From the NCBI GenBank assembly GCA_016184005.1, contig JACPDL010000001.1:829-64828 (forward strand): 64,000 nucleotides of DNA. Reading direction: 5' to 3'. This document shows positions 26,179 through 35,084 of this stretch, piece after piece. A program made the translations under genes and the position numbers. The notes beneath the pieces were generated by a model. It had not been told where the DNA came from and searched no databases. It saw only the letters and a list, made by a program, of their open reading frames with translations. This DNA is from Candidatus Aenigmatarchaeota archaeon. GTDB lineage: Archaea > Aenigmatarchaeota > Aenigmatarchaeia > GW2011-AR5. Within the stretch, counting starts at the first letter, position 1. Every line of letters starts with the position of its first letter.

Positions 26179-27324
26179 GTGGAAAAGAAGAAAATGGACA
26201 AGAAAAGAGAGGCATTGAGAAAGAGGCAGCTGGACCTTGCGAACAAATACAAGGACGCTGTCCTGAAGAAGTACAAAAACCTGACCAAGAGCGTCGTGCT
26301 TTTCGGCTCCCTTGTGCGCGGAGATTTCCACGAGAAGAGCGACATAGACATACTTGTGGTAATAGACGACACGCTTTCACGGTTCACCCCGGAAATGAAA
26401 GACAGGTTTGATGACGAGCTTTACGATATTGCAAAAAGGATCAATGAAAGCATCACAGTGCAGCCGGCATGGACGCTTACCGAGTTCTGGGACATGGCGC
26501 GGATCGGCCACCCGCTGCTTTACACAATAGTCCGCGACGGCTGGGCGCTTTATGATACCGGCTTCTTCATTCCGGTAAGAAAACTGCTGGAACTGGGCAA
26601 GATACCAACCACACTGGAAGCCGTAGAGAAATTCATGGAAACCGCGCCGCAGAAGATAAACCGCGTGGAAACAGCAAAGATGTACATGGTTGCGGAAGAC
26701 CTATATTATGCTATGCTGAACAGTTCGCAGGCGGTGCTGATGTACATGGGACAGAACCCGCCTTCACCAAAGCACACGCCCGCCGAGGTTGATGAGCATC
26801 TTGTGAAAACCCAGCTGCTTGAAAGAAACTATCTTGAAGACCTGGCTGCTGTGATAGAGTTCAGAAAGAAGACAGAGCACAAGGAGATAAAGGACATATC
26901 AGGGGTTGAGCTGGACGAATTCATACAGAAATCAAAGCAGTTCGTCTCCAGGATGGAGCAGTTGCTTCTGCAGCTGCAGAAAAAGAAGAAGGAGACCATA
27001 GTGCAGAAAAACTATGAGGTCATGATAAAAGCGGCAGTCGCTGCGTTGAAAAAGATGGAGAAGCTGCCTGATGACCCGAAAGACCTTCCGCAGGCTGTAA
27101 AGGCATACCTGATCGACAAAGGCCACGTAGACCCGTACTTCAACGAGGTCTTCGGCAAGGTTGTCATGATGCGCAAGATGCTTGACGAAGACAAGACCGG
27201 GGAAATACCACAGAGGGACCTGGAGCTCACCCGCGAATACGTGCGCCGTTTCGTGCGCGACCTTGAGCCTTTACTGGAAGCGAAAACAGGCCCCCAGAAA
27301 GGCAAAAAGATGAAAAAGAAGTAG
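26179..27324 (+). CDS. Fused minimal nucleotidyltransferase (MNT) and HEPN-like domain protein with a K-rich tail
   Basis: The NTase motif is LFGSLVRGDFHEKSDIDILVVIDD, and a downstream Rx4H motif is FRKKTEH. The architecture is KNTase-like. Confidence 0.7.
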   Translation: MEKKKMDKKREALRKRQLDLANKYKDAVLKKYKNLTKSVVLFGSLVRGDFHEKSDIDILVVIDDTLSRFTPEMKDRFDDELYDIAKRINESITVQPAWTLTEFWDMARIGHPLLYTIVRDGWALYDTGFFIPVRKLLELGKIPTTLEAVEKFMETAPQKINRVETAKMYMVAEDLYYAMLNSSQAVLMYMGQNPPSPKHTPAEVDEHLVKTQLLERNYLEDLAAVIEFRKKTEHKEIKDISGVELDEFIQKSKQFVSRMEQLLLQLQKKKKETIVQKNYEVMIKAAVAALKKMEKLPDDPKDLPQAVKAYLIDKGHVDPYFNEVFGKVVMMRKMLDEDKTGEIPQRDLELTREYVRRFVRDLEPLLEAKTGPQKGKKMKKK

Positions 27325-27398
27325 CCAGCGTTGAACCCAGAACCCCATATAGAAAGGCTTTTAAAGTTTTCACTGAACAGTAATTAAAGGTTATAGAC

Positions 27399-27713
27399 AT
27401 GCACAGCTTTGCTGAAGAGAATTTCATGACAGCGGTCAAAATCGGCGGCAGGCGCTACGAATTTCCGTCTGATCTGGTAATTGGACAGTACGGGTTGACA
27501 GAGATGGTCGGTGCCTGTGAAGGTAATTTCAAATACCAGCTTGCTCTAATCAGCGGAGATGGGACGCAAGATATTTTGCCTGTCGGATTAAGAGAAAAGC
27601 CAACAGACGCAGAGATATGGAAAACGGTAACTTATGCAAATCGAGACCTTGAAAGAAGGCTGGCCAAATTGCCAAAAGCAAGGAAAGACCTTGTTGCGAG
27701 GGGAGCAGAATGA
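27399..27713 (+). CDS. Hypothetical protein
   Basis: A 104-aa ORF that overlaps the next ORF by 4 nt (ATGA). Confidence 0.4.
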   Translation: MHSFAEENFMTAVKIGGRRYEFPSDLVIGQYGLTEMVGACEGNFKYQLALISGDGTQDILPVGLREKPTDAEIWKTVTYANRDLERRLAKLPKARKDLVARGAE

Positions 27714-27931
27714 GATTCGACTTTTATGTTCACGGCCTGTGGATCATAGGCGCATTTTTCTTCTTCCTGGCAGCGCTGATTTCAGGCAACATAGAGTTTG
27801 TGGAAGGCACTACAGAGGTTAGTTTCGGGCTGGCGATACTTGTTGCGTTTGCCCTGTATCTTGTCGCGGGCATGCTGTGGATTTCTGCAGCAGTCAATGC
27901 AAGACAGGAAGAGCATCCGCACAACAAGTGA
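27710..27931 (+). CDS. Small membrane protein (2 TM helices)
   Basis: It has two hydrophobic helices and is translationally coupled to the upstream ORF. Confidence 0.4.
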   Translation: MRFDFYVHGLWIIGAFFFFLAALISGNIEFVEGTTEVSFGLAILVAFALYLVAGMLWISAAVNARQEEHPHNK

Positions 27932-28018
27932 ATTTCATCCGCAGATTGAAAAAGAACTAAAATAAGTTCTCTTTTTGGCTTCTAAAAAACATTTAAATTC
28001 TAGAAATCAATATAAATT

Positions 28019-28204
28019 ATGGCAGACAGGACAAGGCTCTCAAGCGACATATCCTTGGCTATATCGTTCCTGAGCGGCATGATATTCTCCAATGCCATCG
28101 GCGCAGCGCTGCAGGGCAACTATGTTGTAGCAGTGCTTTCTTTCGGGGCGATAGGCGTCGCGCTGATGATGAAGAAGTTTGTTGACTGGACAGTAAAAGA
28201 TTGA
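28019..28204 (+). CDS. Small membrane protein
   Basis: A 61-aa ORF with two hydrophobic segments. Confidence 0.35.
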   Translation: MADRTRLSSDISLAISFLSGMIFSNAIGAALQGNYVVAVLSFGAIGVALMMKKFVDWTVKD

Positions 28205-28208
28205 ATCA

Positions 28209-28254
28209 GAACCCAATCATATTACATTTAATTTAATCGGTTCCGATGCCTCCG
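28209..28254. repeat. Family-1 box, copy d
   Basis: GAACCCAATCATATTACATTTAATTTAATCGGTTCCGATGCCTCCG starts 4 nt after the stop codon of 28019..28204. Confidence 0.8.
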
Positions 28255-28262
28255 ATAAAATA

Positions 28263-28387
28263 TTTATCCGCAACATTGTTTAAAACTACCGACTTTAGTC
28301 GGTAGATACTACATAAACAATGTTGGGATCACATCGTTCAACAAACCCACAACTTTAGTTGTGGGTTATATCAAGAACGATATGATT
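28263..28387 (+). repeat. Family-3 double nested hairpin, minimal copy, between convergent genes
   Basis: TTTATCCG-CAACATTGTTTAaaa[CTACCGACtttaGTCGGTAG]atactacaTAAACAATGTTG-gg-ATCACATCGTTCaacaaa[CCCACAACtttaGTTGTGGG]ttatatcaaGAACGATATGAT. Confidence 0.85.
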
Positions 28388-28956
28388 TAGGTAGCTGCTT
28401 TTGCCTTCTTTTGCTGCTGGATCTCTGTCTTGCGAATTTCTATGTTTCCTGTAGGGTATATCTTGCTGCAGTCGCGGCGAATGTCTTTTTGCAGGTCTCC
28501 TTTCAGTATCATGCTTATGAAGTCTTCCGAATTGCTTTCTTTCGCTGCTTGGTCGATAATACCCTTCACTAAGTGCCTGGCGTCCTCCTTGATTGACGTG
28601 TTAACGCGCCGCACAAGGGCAAAGATTGTCTTGACCCTGATTTTGGTGCCGTCCTTGGTTTCCACATCCTGAACAACGTCTACCCTGCGCATATGGCGCT
28701 GGACCAGCCTATAGACGCGCTCGTACATAGTGTCGTGGCCGACGAATTTCGTGCGTGCCTTGGTGCCATCAACATCTGTTATCTGGAAAAGCATCTTTAT
28801 GTAGAACCTGGAAAAATCCCGTGAAATCTCCATAAAACTCACTTCTATAGTCCTGCCTATGAGTTGCTTCGGGTCAGACGCAGGCGTTTCACCTACAACC
28901 TTCTCCCCAAATTCCTTGGGTGAATACACTTCATACCATTGTTTTTTCACTGCCAT
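28387..28956 (-). CDS. rps3ae: 30S ribosomal protein S3Ae (eS1)
   Basis: MAVKKQWYEVYSPKEFG...; the length and sequence are typical of S3Ae. Confidence 0.9.
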   Translation of the reverse strand: MAVKKQWYEVYSPKEFGEKVVGETPASDPKQLIGRTIEVSFMEISRDFSRFYIKMLFQITDVDGTKARTKFVGHDTMYERVYRLVQRHMRRVDVVQDVETKDGTKIRVKTIFALVRRVNTSIKEDARHLVKGIIDQAAKESNSEDFISMILKGDLQKDIRRDCSKIYPTGNIEIRKTEIQQQKKAKAAT

Positions 28957-28961
28957 AATTA

Positions 28962-29006
28962 GAACCCATCATATTATATTTAATTTAATCGGTTCCGATA
29001 CCTCCG
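28962..29006 (-). promoter_or_regulatory. Family-1 box, copy e: probable promoter of rps3ae (leaderless or very short leader)
   Basis: The minus strand reads CGGAGGTATCGGAACCGATTAAATTAAATATAATATGATGGGTTC. The TATA-like TTAAATATAAT lies about 25 nt upstream of the ATG at 28956. Confidence 0.5.
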
Positions 29007-29095
29007 GAAACCAATCAAAACAATTGGCTGGAACTTTTATAAAGGTTTTTGAAAGCTTGCCCTACTTTTTAATCCTGATTTATTGAGTAATTATT

Positions 29096-30748
29096 ATGCG
29101 ATATTCAACCCTCGTTCAATTCTACCAAAGGCTGGAAAGTACGCCAAAAAAGCTGGAAAAGCGCGACATACTTGCGGAGCTCTATAGACAATGCAGCGAA
29201 GAAGAGCTACCGAAAGTCGTCTTGTTATCTATGGGAACTGTATTTCCTTCAGGGGCACTTGAATTAGGTATAGCCGGCGAAATGATGAAACGCGTCATTG
29301 CCCGCGTATCAGGCACAACAGACACGCAAATAACAAAAAAATACAAAGAGACAGGAGATTTAGGCCTGACTGCAGAACAATTCCTAAAAAACAGAAAGCA
29401 ATCAACTCTGGGAAAAAGAGAATTGAGTGTCGAAAAGGTATTTGAAAACCTGAGGAAGCTCCCTGAAATAGGCGGTGCAGGAAGCCAGGAAAAAAAGATT
29501 CTGCTTATTGCCGAGCTACTTTCATCGGCAGAAGCGGCAGAAGCAAAATATATTGTGCGCACAATATTGAGCGAAATGCGGATAGGAGTAGCTGCGGGAA
29601 TTGTACGTGATGCAATAGCTGCTGCTTTTGGAAAGGACGTGAAAGAAGTTGAACGTGTATTCGACTTTGTAGGCGATTATGGCCAAATAGCAGTGCTTGC
29701 AAAAAACGGCAGATTGAAGGGGGAGATACAAATTGGGAAACCTGTGCGTGTCATGCTTGCTGATCGTGCGCCTGACTTGAAGGAAGCAATGGAAGAATTT
29801 GAACAGTCGCTGCTAGAATGGAAATATGATGGCTTCAGGGTGCAAGTCCACAAATCTGGCAATGAAATAAAAATATTCTCGCGCCGGATGGAAGATGTGA
29901 CAAGGCAGTTCCCGGATATTGCCAATTTTTCAAAGGAGTGCATCAAAGCAAAAGAATGTATTGTAGAAGGCGAAGCGCTTGCTATTGATAAATCAGGAAA
30001 ACCTCGGCCTTTCCAGGAACTTTCACGAAGGATTCAAAGGAAGTATGATATAGAAAGGACGGTAAAAGAGATACCGGTTCAAGTAAATCTGTTCGACCTC
30101 ATCTACCTGAACGGCGAATCGTGGATGGACAAGCCACTCAGAGAAAGGTGGCAACAGCTTGCAAAGACTGTCAAAGAAACAAAGAATTTCCGGCTTGCGG
30201 ACCGCCTTGAAACGAAAAACTATGCTGAAGCAAAAAAATTCTACAAGCATGCACTAAAGATGGGACAGGAAGGCATAATCGTAAAAAATCTTGAAGCGCG
30301 CTACCAGCCGGGAAGGCGCGTTGGATACTGGCTGAAGGTAAAGGATATCCTAGAGCCATTAGACCTTGTTGTGGTTGGCGCAGAGTGGGGTGAAGGCAAG
30401 CGCGCCCGATGGCTCGGATCCCTCATACTCGCTGCAAAGAAAGGCGGGAAATTTGTAGAAGCGGGAAGAATGGCATCAGGATTGACAGAGGAGCAGATGG
30501 ACCAACTCACAAAACAACTCAAACCGCTTATAACCGGAGAAGAAGGAAAGACAGTAAGCCTGGAGCCGAGAATTGTAGTAGAAGTCGGCTATGAGGAGAT
30601 ACAAAGATCGCCAAAATACGAATCAGGCTACGCGTTGCGCTTTCCCCGGCTGCTCAGAATTCGTGACGCTGCTGACAAGGGGCCTGAAGACGTGAATACA
30701 GTAGCTGACATGGACAAGCTTTTCAAGATGCAGAAGAGAAGGAGATAA
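29096..30748 (+). CDS. lig: ATP-dependent DNA ligase
   Basis: The adenylation motif is EWKYDGFRVQVH, and the length of 550 aa fits. Confidence 0.95.
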   Translation: MRYSTLVQFYQRLESTPKKLEKRDILAELYRQCSEEELPKVVLLSMGTVFPSGALELGIAGEMMKRVIARVSGTTDTQITKKYKETGDLGLTAEQFLKNRKQSTLGKRELSVEKVFENLRKLPEIGGAGSQEKKILLIAELLSSAEAAEAKYIVRTILSEMRIGVAAGIVRDAIAAAFGKDVKEVERVFDFVGDYGQIAVLAKNGRLKGEIQIGKPVRVMLADRAPDLKEAMEEFEQSLLEWKYDGFRVQVHKSGNEIKIFSRRMEDVTRQFPDIANFSKECIKAKECIVEGEALAIDKSGKPRPFQELSRRIQRKYDIERTVKEIPVQVNLFDLIYLNGESWMDKPLRERWQQLAKTVKETKNFRLADRLETKNYAEAKKFYKHALKMGQEGIIVKNLEARYQPGRRVGYWLKVKDILEPLDLVVVGAEWGEGKRARWLGSLILAAKKGGKFVEAGRMASGLTEEQMDQLTKQLKPLITGEEGKTVSLEPRIVVEVGYEEIQRSPKYESGYALRFPRLLRIRDAADKGPEDVNTVADMDKLFKMQKRRR

Positions 30749-30960
30749 TTATCCGCAACATTGCTTAAAACTGCTGTCTTTAGACAGCAGATACAAGGAA
30801 GAACAGAGTTCTTCCTGTACAGGTGAAACTTGTTTCACCATGTATTACATAAACAATGTTGGGATGACATGCTCTCAGAAACCCACGACTTTTCTGCAAA
30901 GGACTTCAGAAAAGTCCTTTTCCTCGAATTAGTCGTGGGAGTATTAAGAGCATATCATGA
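30749..30960 (+). repeat. Family-3 double nested hairpin, expanded copy, starting right after the lig stop codon
   Basis: It has the same frame as 28263..28387 plus three extra hairpin modules: two TAC-bounded modules after GATAC, and one inside the CTTTAG loop of hairpin 2. Confidence 0.85.
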
Positions 30961-31109
30961 AAATAATAATTTTATCGCCATTAGCAAGAGTCAATCAATT
31001 CCTAATAAAATTCAGAAATATTTGCTTGGACCAACAAAAATATATATTAAAAATTCTCTGATGTAATTTTTGATCATCTTCATTTTACTCATTTTCATAA
31101 TATGCCCTT

Positions 31110-32828
31110 CTATAAAACCGTGACCGACTTGCTCAGATTCCTGGGCTTGTCTATCGGCAATCCTTTTTCTTTAGCGATATAGTATGCAAGCAACTGGCCG
31201 ACTATCGTTGCCAAAATTGCAAAGCCTGCATCGCTTTCTGCTGCAATCTTTATTTCTTCTTCGAATAGTTTTTCTTTCCTGTTTGTCAAGGCAATTATTC
31301 TTGCACCGCGCGCTTGAGCTTCCCTGACATTTGAAACTATAGATTCGTTATTGTCGATCAGAGCTATTACTGGAGTATCTTTTTCGATAAGCGCCAGTGT
31401 ACCATGCTTAAGCTCTCCGCCCATCATGCCTTCGGCGTGGATGTATGAAATCTCCTTTAATTTTAACGCTATTTCTCTGGAGACAGGATAAGACAAGCCT
31501 CTTCCAATGATGTAGATATCATGCTTATCTTTCAGGCCATGCGCAAGGGTTCTTATGCCGTTCTCCAGCGCAAAGACTGATTTTATTTCGCCTGCAATTT
31601 TTCGCAAATTAATCTTGTAGCCAAGCTCTTTTGCTATTGTTAGCAGCAGGATGATCTGGTTTGAGAAAGACTTTGTCGAGGCAACGCATATCTCCTGCCC
31701 CGCTTCTGTTTGCAAAGAGAGATCGCTCATTCTCTGTATGGTAGAATAAGGAACATTAACGAAGCTTGCTATTCTTGCACTTCCCTGCTTAGCATGCTTT
31801 AAAGCGTCTATAACATCCATAGTTTCCCCGCTTTGCGACAAAGCTATAACCAAAGCCTCGTTACAATTTGCATAGTCCTTGAATTCCGAGGCAATTATGG
31901 CCTGTGATTCAATTCCGGCTTTTTTAAGAAAGTAAACACCAAGCAAAGAAGCGTAGTAGCTTGTGCCGCTTGCCACAAAAATAGCCTTTTGAGAATTCTT
32001 TATTGCATCCGCTATTGCAAGCAGATTTTCTTTTTGTCGTGTCTCCAAAGACTCTAGCAGCTTTTCTGCAGATTCCGGCTGTTCGTGAATTTCTTTAAGC
32101 ATGAAGTGTTCGTATTTGCCCCTTGATTCTTCTTTTTGCAACTCTATTTTATTTTTTCCCCTGGAAAGTTCTTTGCCACTTTTATCGAAGATAGAAAACC
32201 TGGATTTTGTCAGCACAGCATATTCGTCATCTTCAAGAAAAACCACATCCTGTGTGAGCTGAGAAAAGGCATACGGATCGCTGGCTATGAAAAACCCCCT
32301 ATTTCCTATTCCTATCACAAGCGGCGAGTCTCTTTTGAAAGCGTACAGCCTGTCGCTGCCTTTTATGAAAAGCAATACAGAAAAAGTGCCTTTTGCCTCA
32401 TTGAAAAAATCAGATATTGTTTCCTCTACATTCTGTGCTTTGATTCCTTCCTCAAAGTAATGTGCTATAACTTCTGAATCTGTCTCGCTTTGGAATTTGT
32501 GGCCTAACGTTTGCAGGTTTTCTTTTATCTCCATGTAGTTTTCAATTATGCCATTGTGAACAATCAAGACATTTCCAGTGCAGTCGTGATGGGGATGTGC
32601 GTTTTCTTTTGTCACACCTCCGTGCGTGGCCCAGCGTGTCTGGCTGATTGCTATATTGCAATTGTTAGAACTTGTTAATTTTATTTCGCCTACATCTTTT
32701 TCGAAAAGTCCAGTGTCAGTTGCAATGCCGTAAGAATCATAACCGCGATATTCCAAATGTTTCAGCGACTTGAGCACATCACTAGAAGAAACCAATTCCT
32801 GGCTTATCAGCCCGAATATTCCGCACAT
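31110..32828 (-). CDS. glmS: Glutamine--fructose-6-phosphate aminotransferase
   Basis: It has the N-terminal nucleophile MCGIFG and two SIS domains. The start is trimmed to the ATG at 32828. Confidence 0.95.
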   Translation of the reverse strand: MCGIFGLISQELVSSSDVLKSLKHLEYRGYDSYGIATDTGLFEKDVGEIKLTSSNNCNIAISQTRWATHGGVTKENAHPHHDCTGNVLIVHNGIIENYMEIKENLQTLGHKFQSETDSEVIAHYFEEGIKAQNVEETISDFFNEAKGTFSVLLFIKGSDRLYAFKRDSPLVIGIGNRGFFIASDPYAFSQLTQDVVFLEDDEYAVLTKSRFSIFDKSGKELSRGKNKIELQKEESRGKYEHFMLKEIHEQPESAEKLLESLETRQKENLLAIADAIKNSQKAIFVASGTSYYASLLGVYFLKKAGIESQAIIASEFKDYANCNEALVIALSQSGETMDVIDALKHAKQGSARIASFVNVPYSTIQRMSDLSLQTEAGQEICVASTKSFSNQIILLLTIAKELGYKINLRKIAGEIKSVFALENGIRTLAHGLKDKHDIYIIGRGLSYPVSREIALKLKEISYIHAEGMMGGELKHGTLALIEKDTPVIALIDNNESIVSNVREAQARGARIIALTNRKEKLFEEEIKIAAESDAGFAILATIVGQLLAYYIAKEKGLPIDKPRNLSKSVTVL

Positions 32829-32833
32829 AATTA

Positions 32834-33535
32834 TCACTTGAAAATGCCAGGTTTCCTAAGAATTAACAGCCACTTTGGGTTATCGTTTTCTATCTGCTCG
32901 ATTAAATAGCTGGCAGCAAATTCAGACTCCATGAAATCTTCCCTTACGCGCTCAGGTTTAGGTCGGAAAAGATCTGTCTTTATACCACCAGGACAAAAAC
33001 ATAAAGCACGAAGATTTTCAGACTGCTTTCCTTTTAGTTCTTCATTCAGAGCACCAGTAAATCCAACTACCGCATGTTTTGACGCGCCATATGCCAAATG
33101 GCTTGATTTGAAATCAATTCCTGCTGTGGAACCAATATTTATTATCAAACCACGCCCTTGACTTGACATCTGCATAGCTTCGAATTTTGAGCAAAACATC
33201 ACTCCATAGAGATTCGTTTCTGTCATGTCTTTTATTTGTTGTTCAGTCATCTCATCAAATGATGCTATGTCCCATACGCCCGCATTGTTAATTGCGATAT
33301 CTATTTTTCCAAAATGCTTGACAGCTTCGTTGACAAAGTTCTCGCAATCTCCCCATTTTCTTACATCCATAACCACAGGTACTGCAGAAAGTTTTTTTGA
33401 GAACTCTAACAGTTTTTCTTTATTTCTACCGCCCAGAACAAGCCTGCAGCCTTTTACAGCAAACTGTTCTGCTAATGCTGCTCCAAGGCCTTTGTAAGCG
33501 CCCGTTATTGCAACAACTTTTCCTTCAAGATTCAT
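32834..33535 (-). CDS. Short-chain dehydrogenase/reductase
   Basis: TGAYKGLG (TGxxxGxG) and the YGASK catalytic motif. Confidence 0.85.
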   Translation of the reverse strand: MNLEGKVVAITGAYKGLGAALAEQFAVKGCRLVLGGRNKEKLLEFSKKLSAVPVVMDVRKWGDCENFVNEAVKHFGKIDIAINNAGVWDIASFDEMTEQQIKDMTETNLYGVMFCSKFEAMQMSSQGRGLIINIGSTAGIDFKSSHLAYGASKHAVVGFTGALNEELKGKQSENLRALCFCPGGIKTDLFRPKPERVREDFMESEFAASYLIEQIENDNPKWLLILRKPGIFK

Positions 33536-33537
33536 TT

Positions 33538-34692
33538 TTATTCGCCTTTCCAGTCCTTGAGATCGGGCTGTTCAGTGACGTCATTTTTTATCGCTGAACA
33601 TGGCGGGATCATCAGCCCCGGCCATATTTTCTTGCCGGGCATAACAGTTACGTTGACCCCGAACTTAACGTTGTCGCCGACAACGGCTCCAAGTTTCCTG
33701 TGCCCGCTATCTATGCGCTGGTTATTGACGTTGACTTTTATCGTCTTTTCGTCCAACCGGAGATTCGCAAATGTCACGCCAGCAGCTACATTGCAGTTCC
33801 TGCCAATGATTGAGTCGCCAACGTATGACAGGTGCGAAACAAAAGTGTTGTCCATGATTATCGAGTTCTTTATCTCAACTGCCTGGCCTACTTTGCAGTT
33901 TTTGCCTATAGATGAATGCTTGCGTATGAAGCAGTTAGGTCCGACGATTGATCCAGAGCCTATCGCAACCGGCTCCTCAATGACAGCGCCGGGACGGATT
34001 TCCACGTCTTTTGCTATCTGAGAGCCGTGTTCTTCCAAAACAAACCGGTTTGCATCAAGAAAGCCCCATGGGTATGATATAGTAATCCATTTGCTGACTT
34101 CGAAAATCTGCATTTCCTGTTCCTTAATGAGAAGGCGATAAACGTCGGTTATCTCTAATTCTCCCCTTACCGATGGTTTGACCTGATTTATCAGGGGAAA
34201 AATATTCTTGTCAAGCAATTCCATGCCGCAACGCACGAGATTTGATGCTGGGTTCTGCGGCTTTTCTACAATATTGCTTACTATATTGTTTTTTGCTTCA
34301 ACAACCCCAAAAAGCCCCGGATTGTTGACACGAAAAACGGCCGTTTTGCAGCCACCGCCTTTTGCAAAATTTTGTATGTCTGTTTTTGGAATGAACTCGT
34401 CAGCATTGATCAGAATGAATCTGCCGTTTATGAATTCTTCAGCTGCAGCAAGGGCATCAGCAGTGCCTTTCTGCTCTTCCTGATAGGCAAAGGTGCAATC
34501 CTTGAAATAAGAGGTTATATCGGTCTGACTTTTGTTCACGACAATAATTATCTCGTCAGCTACTTCTTCTAGAGATTTTATTGTCCATTCGAGCAGCGGC
34601 TTGTTTGCAACGGGCAGCATAGCCTTGGACTGCGTAAGTGTCAATGGGTGCATACGCGTGCCCGAGCCTGCCGCCAGTATTACTGCCTGCAT
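33538..34692 (-). CDS. Bifunctional sugar-1-phosphate nucleotidyltransferase / acetyltransferase (archaeal GlmU-like)
   Basis: It has MQAVILAAGSGTRMHPLT and C-terminal hexapeptide (left-handed beta-helix) repeats. The start is trimmed to the ATG at 34692. Confidence 0.85.
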   Translation of the reverse strand: MQAVILAAGSGTRMHPLTLTQSKAMLPVANKPLLEWTIKSLEEVADEIIIVVNKSQTDITSYFKDCTFAYQEEQKGTADALAAAEEFINGRFILINADEFIPKTDIQNFAKGGGCKTAVFRVNNPGLFGVVEAKNNIVSNIVEKPQNPASNLVRCGMELLDKNIFPLINQVKPSVRGELEITDVYRLLIKEQEMQIFEVSKWITISYPWGFLDANRFVLEEHGSQIAKDVEIRPGAVIEEPVAIGSGSIVGPNCFIRKHSSIGKNCKVGQAVEIKNSIIMDNTFVSHLSYVGDSIIGRNCNVAAGVTFANLRLDEKTIKVNVNNQRIDSGHRKLGAVVGDNVKFGVNVTVMPGKKIWPGLMIPPCSAIKNDVTEQPDLKDWKGE

Positions 34693-34871
34693 GGAGAAAT
34701 TAAGGGCATAAAGATTAAATAGAAAGCGACTTGAATAGGACAAAAATTGAAATTTGTAGTAGAAAGCGTTAAGCCTTTATTTTGCTGAAGAATTAATGCG
34801 TGAAGATTTCATAATTAAGAAACCAACCCATTACAGTCTACAGGTTTCATTGGATCCTGCCAGATCGCAAG

Positions 34872-34995
34872 AAATCATATCTTCTTAATATACCACCGAC
34901 TAAAGTCGGTGGTTTGTGAGAAGATGTGATCCCAGAGACATTGTGTTTCATCTGCTGTCTAAAGACAGCAGTTTTCAATGTTTCTGAGGATAAAG
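34872..34995 (-). repeat. Family-3 double nested hairpin, diverged copy
   Basis: The minus strand reads TTTATCCTCAGAAACATTGAAAA[CTGCTGTCtttaGACAGCAG]ATGAAACACAATGTCTCTGGG-ATCACATCTTCTcacaaa[CCACCGACtttaGTCGGTGG]tatattaAGAAGATATGAT. Confidence 0.8.
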
Positions 34996-35084
34996 AAACT
35001 AATAGAAGAGAAACTGGGATTTGGCGTCTAAAGATTAAATAAGAAATTGGGACAGAAATTGGGATATTCGCGTAAAACAAACGC

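Noticed and set aside
30830-31066. A 78-aa ORF inside the lig-glmS spacer, with similar small ORFs at 16786..17016, 52659..52916, 58664..58882 and 34847..35110.
   Set aside because: They are read straight through palindromic repeat modules. The same peptide strings, such as EIPKSFGFREFQKA, simply reflect repeated DNA. They have no start context.
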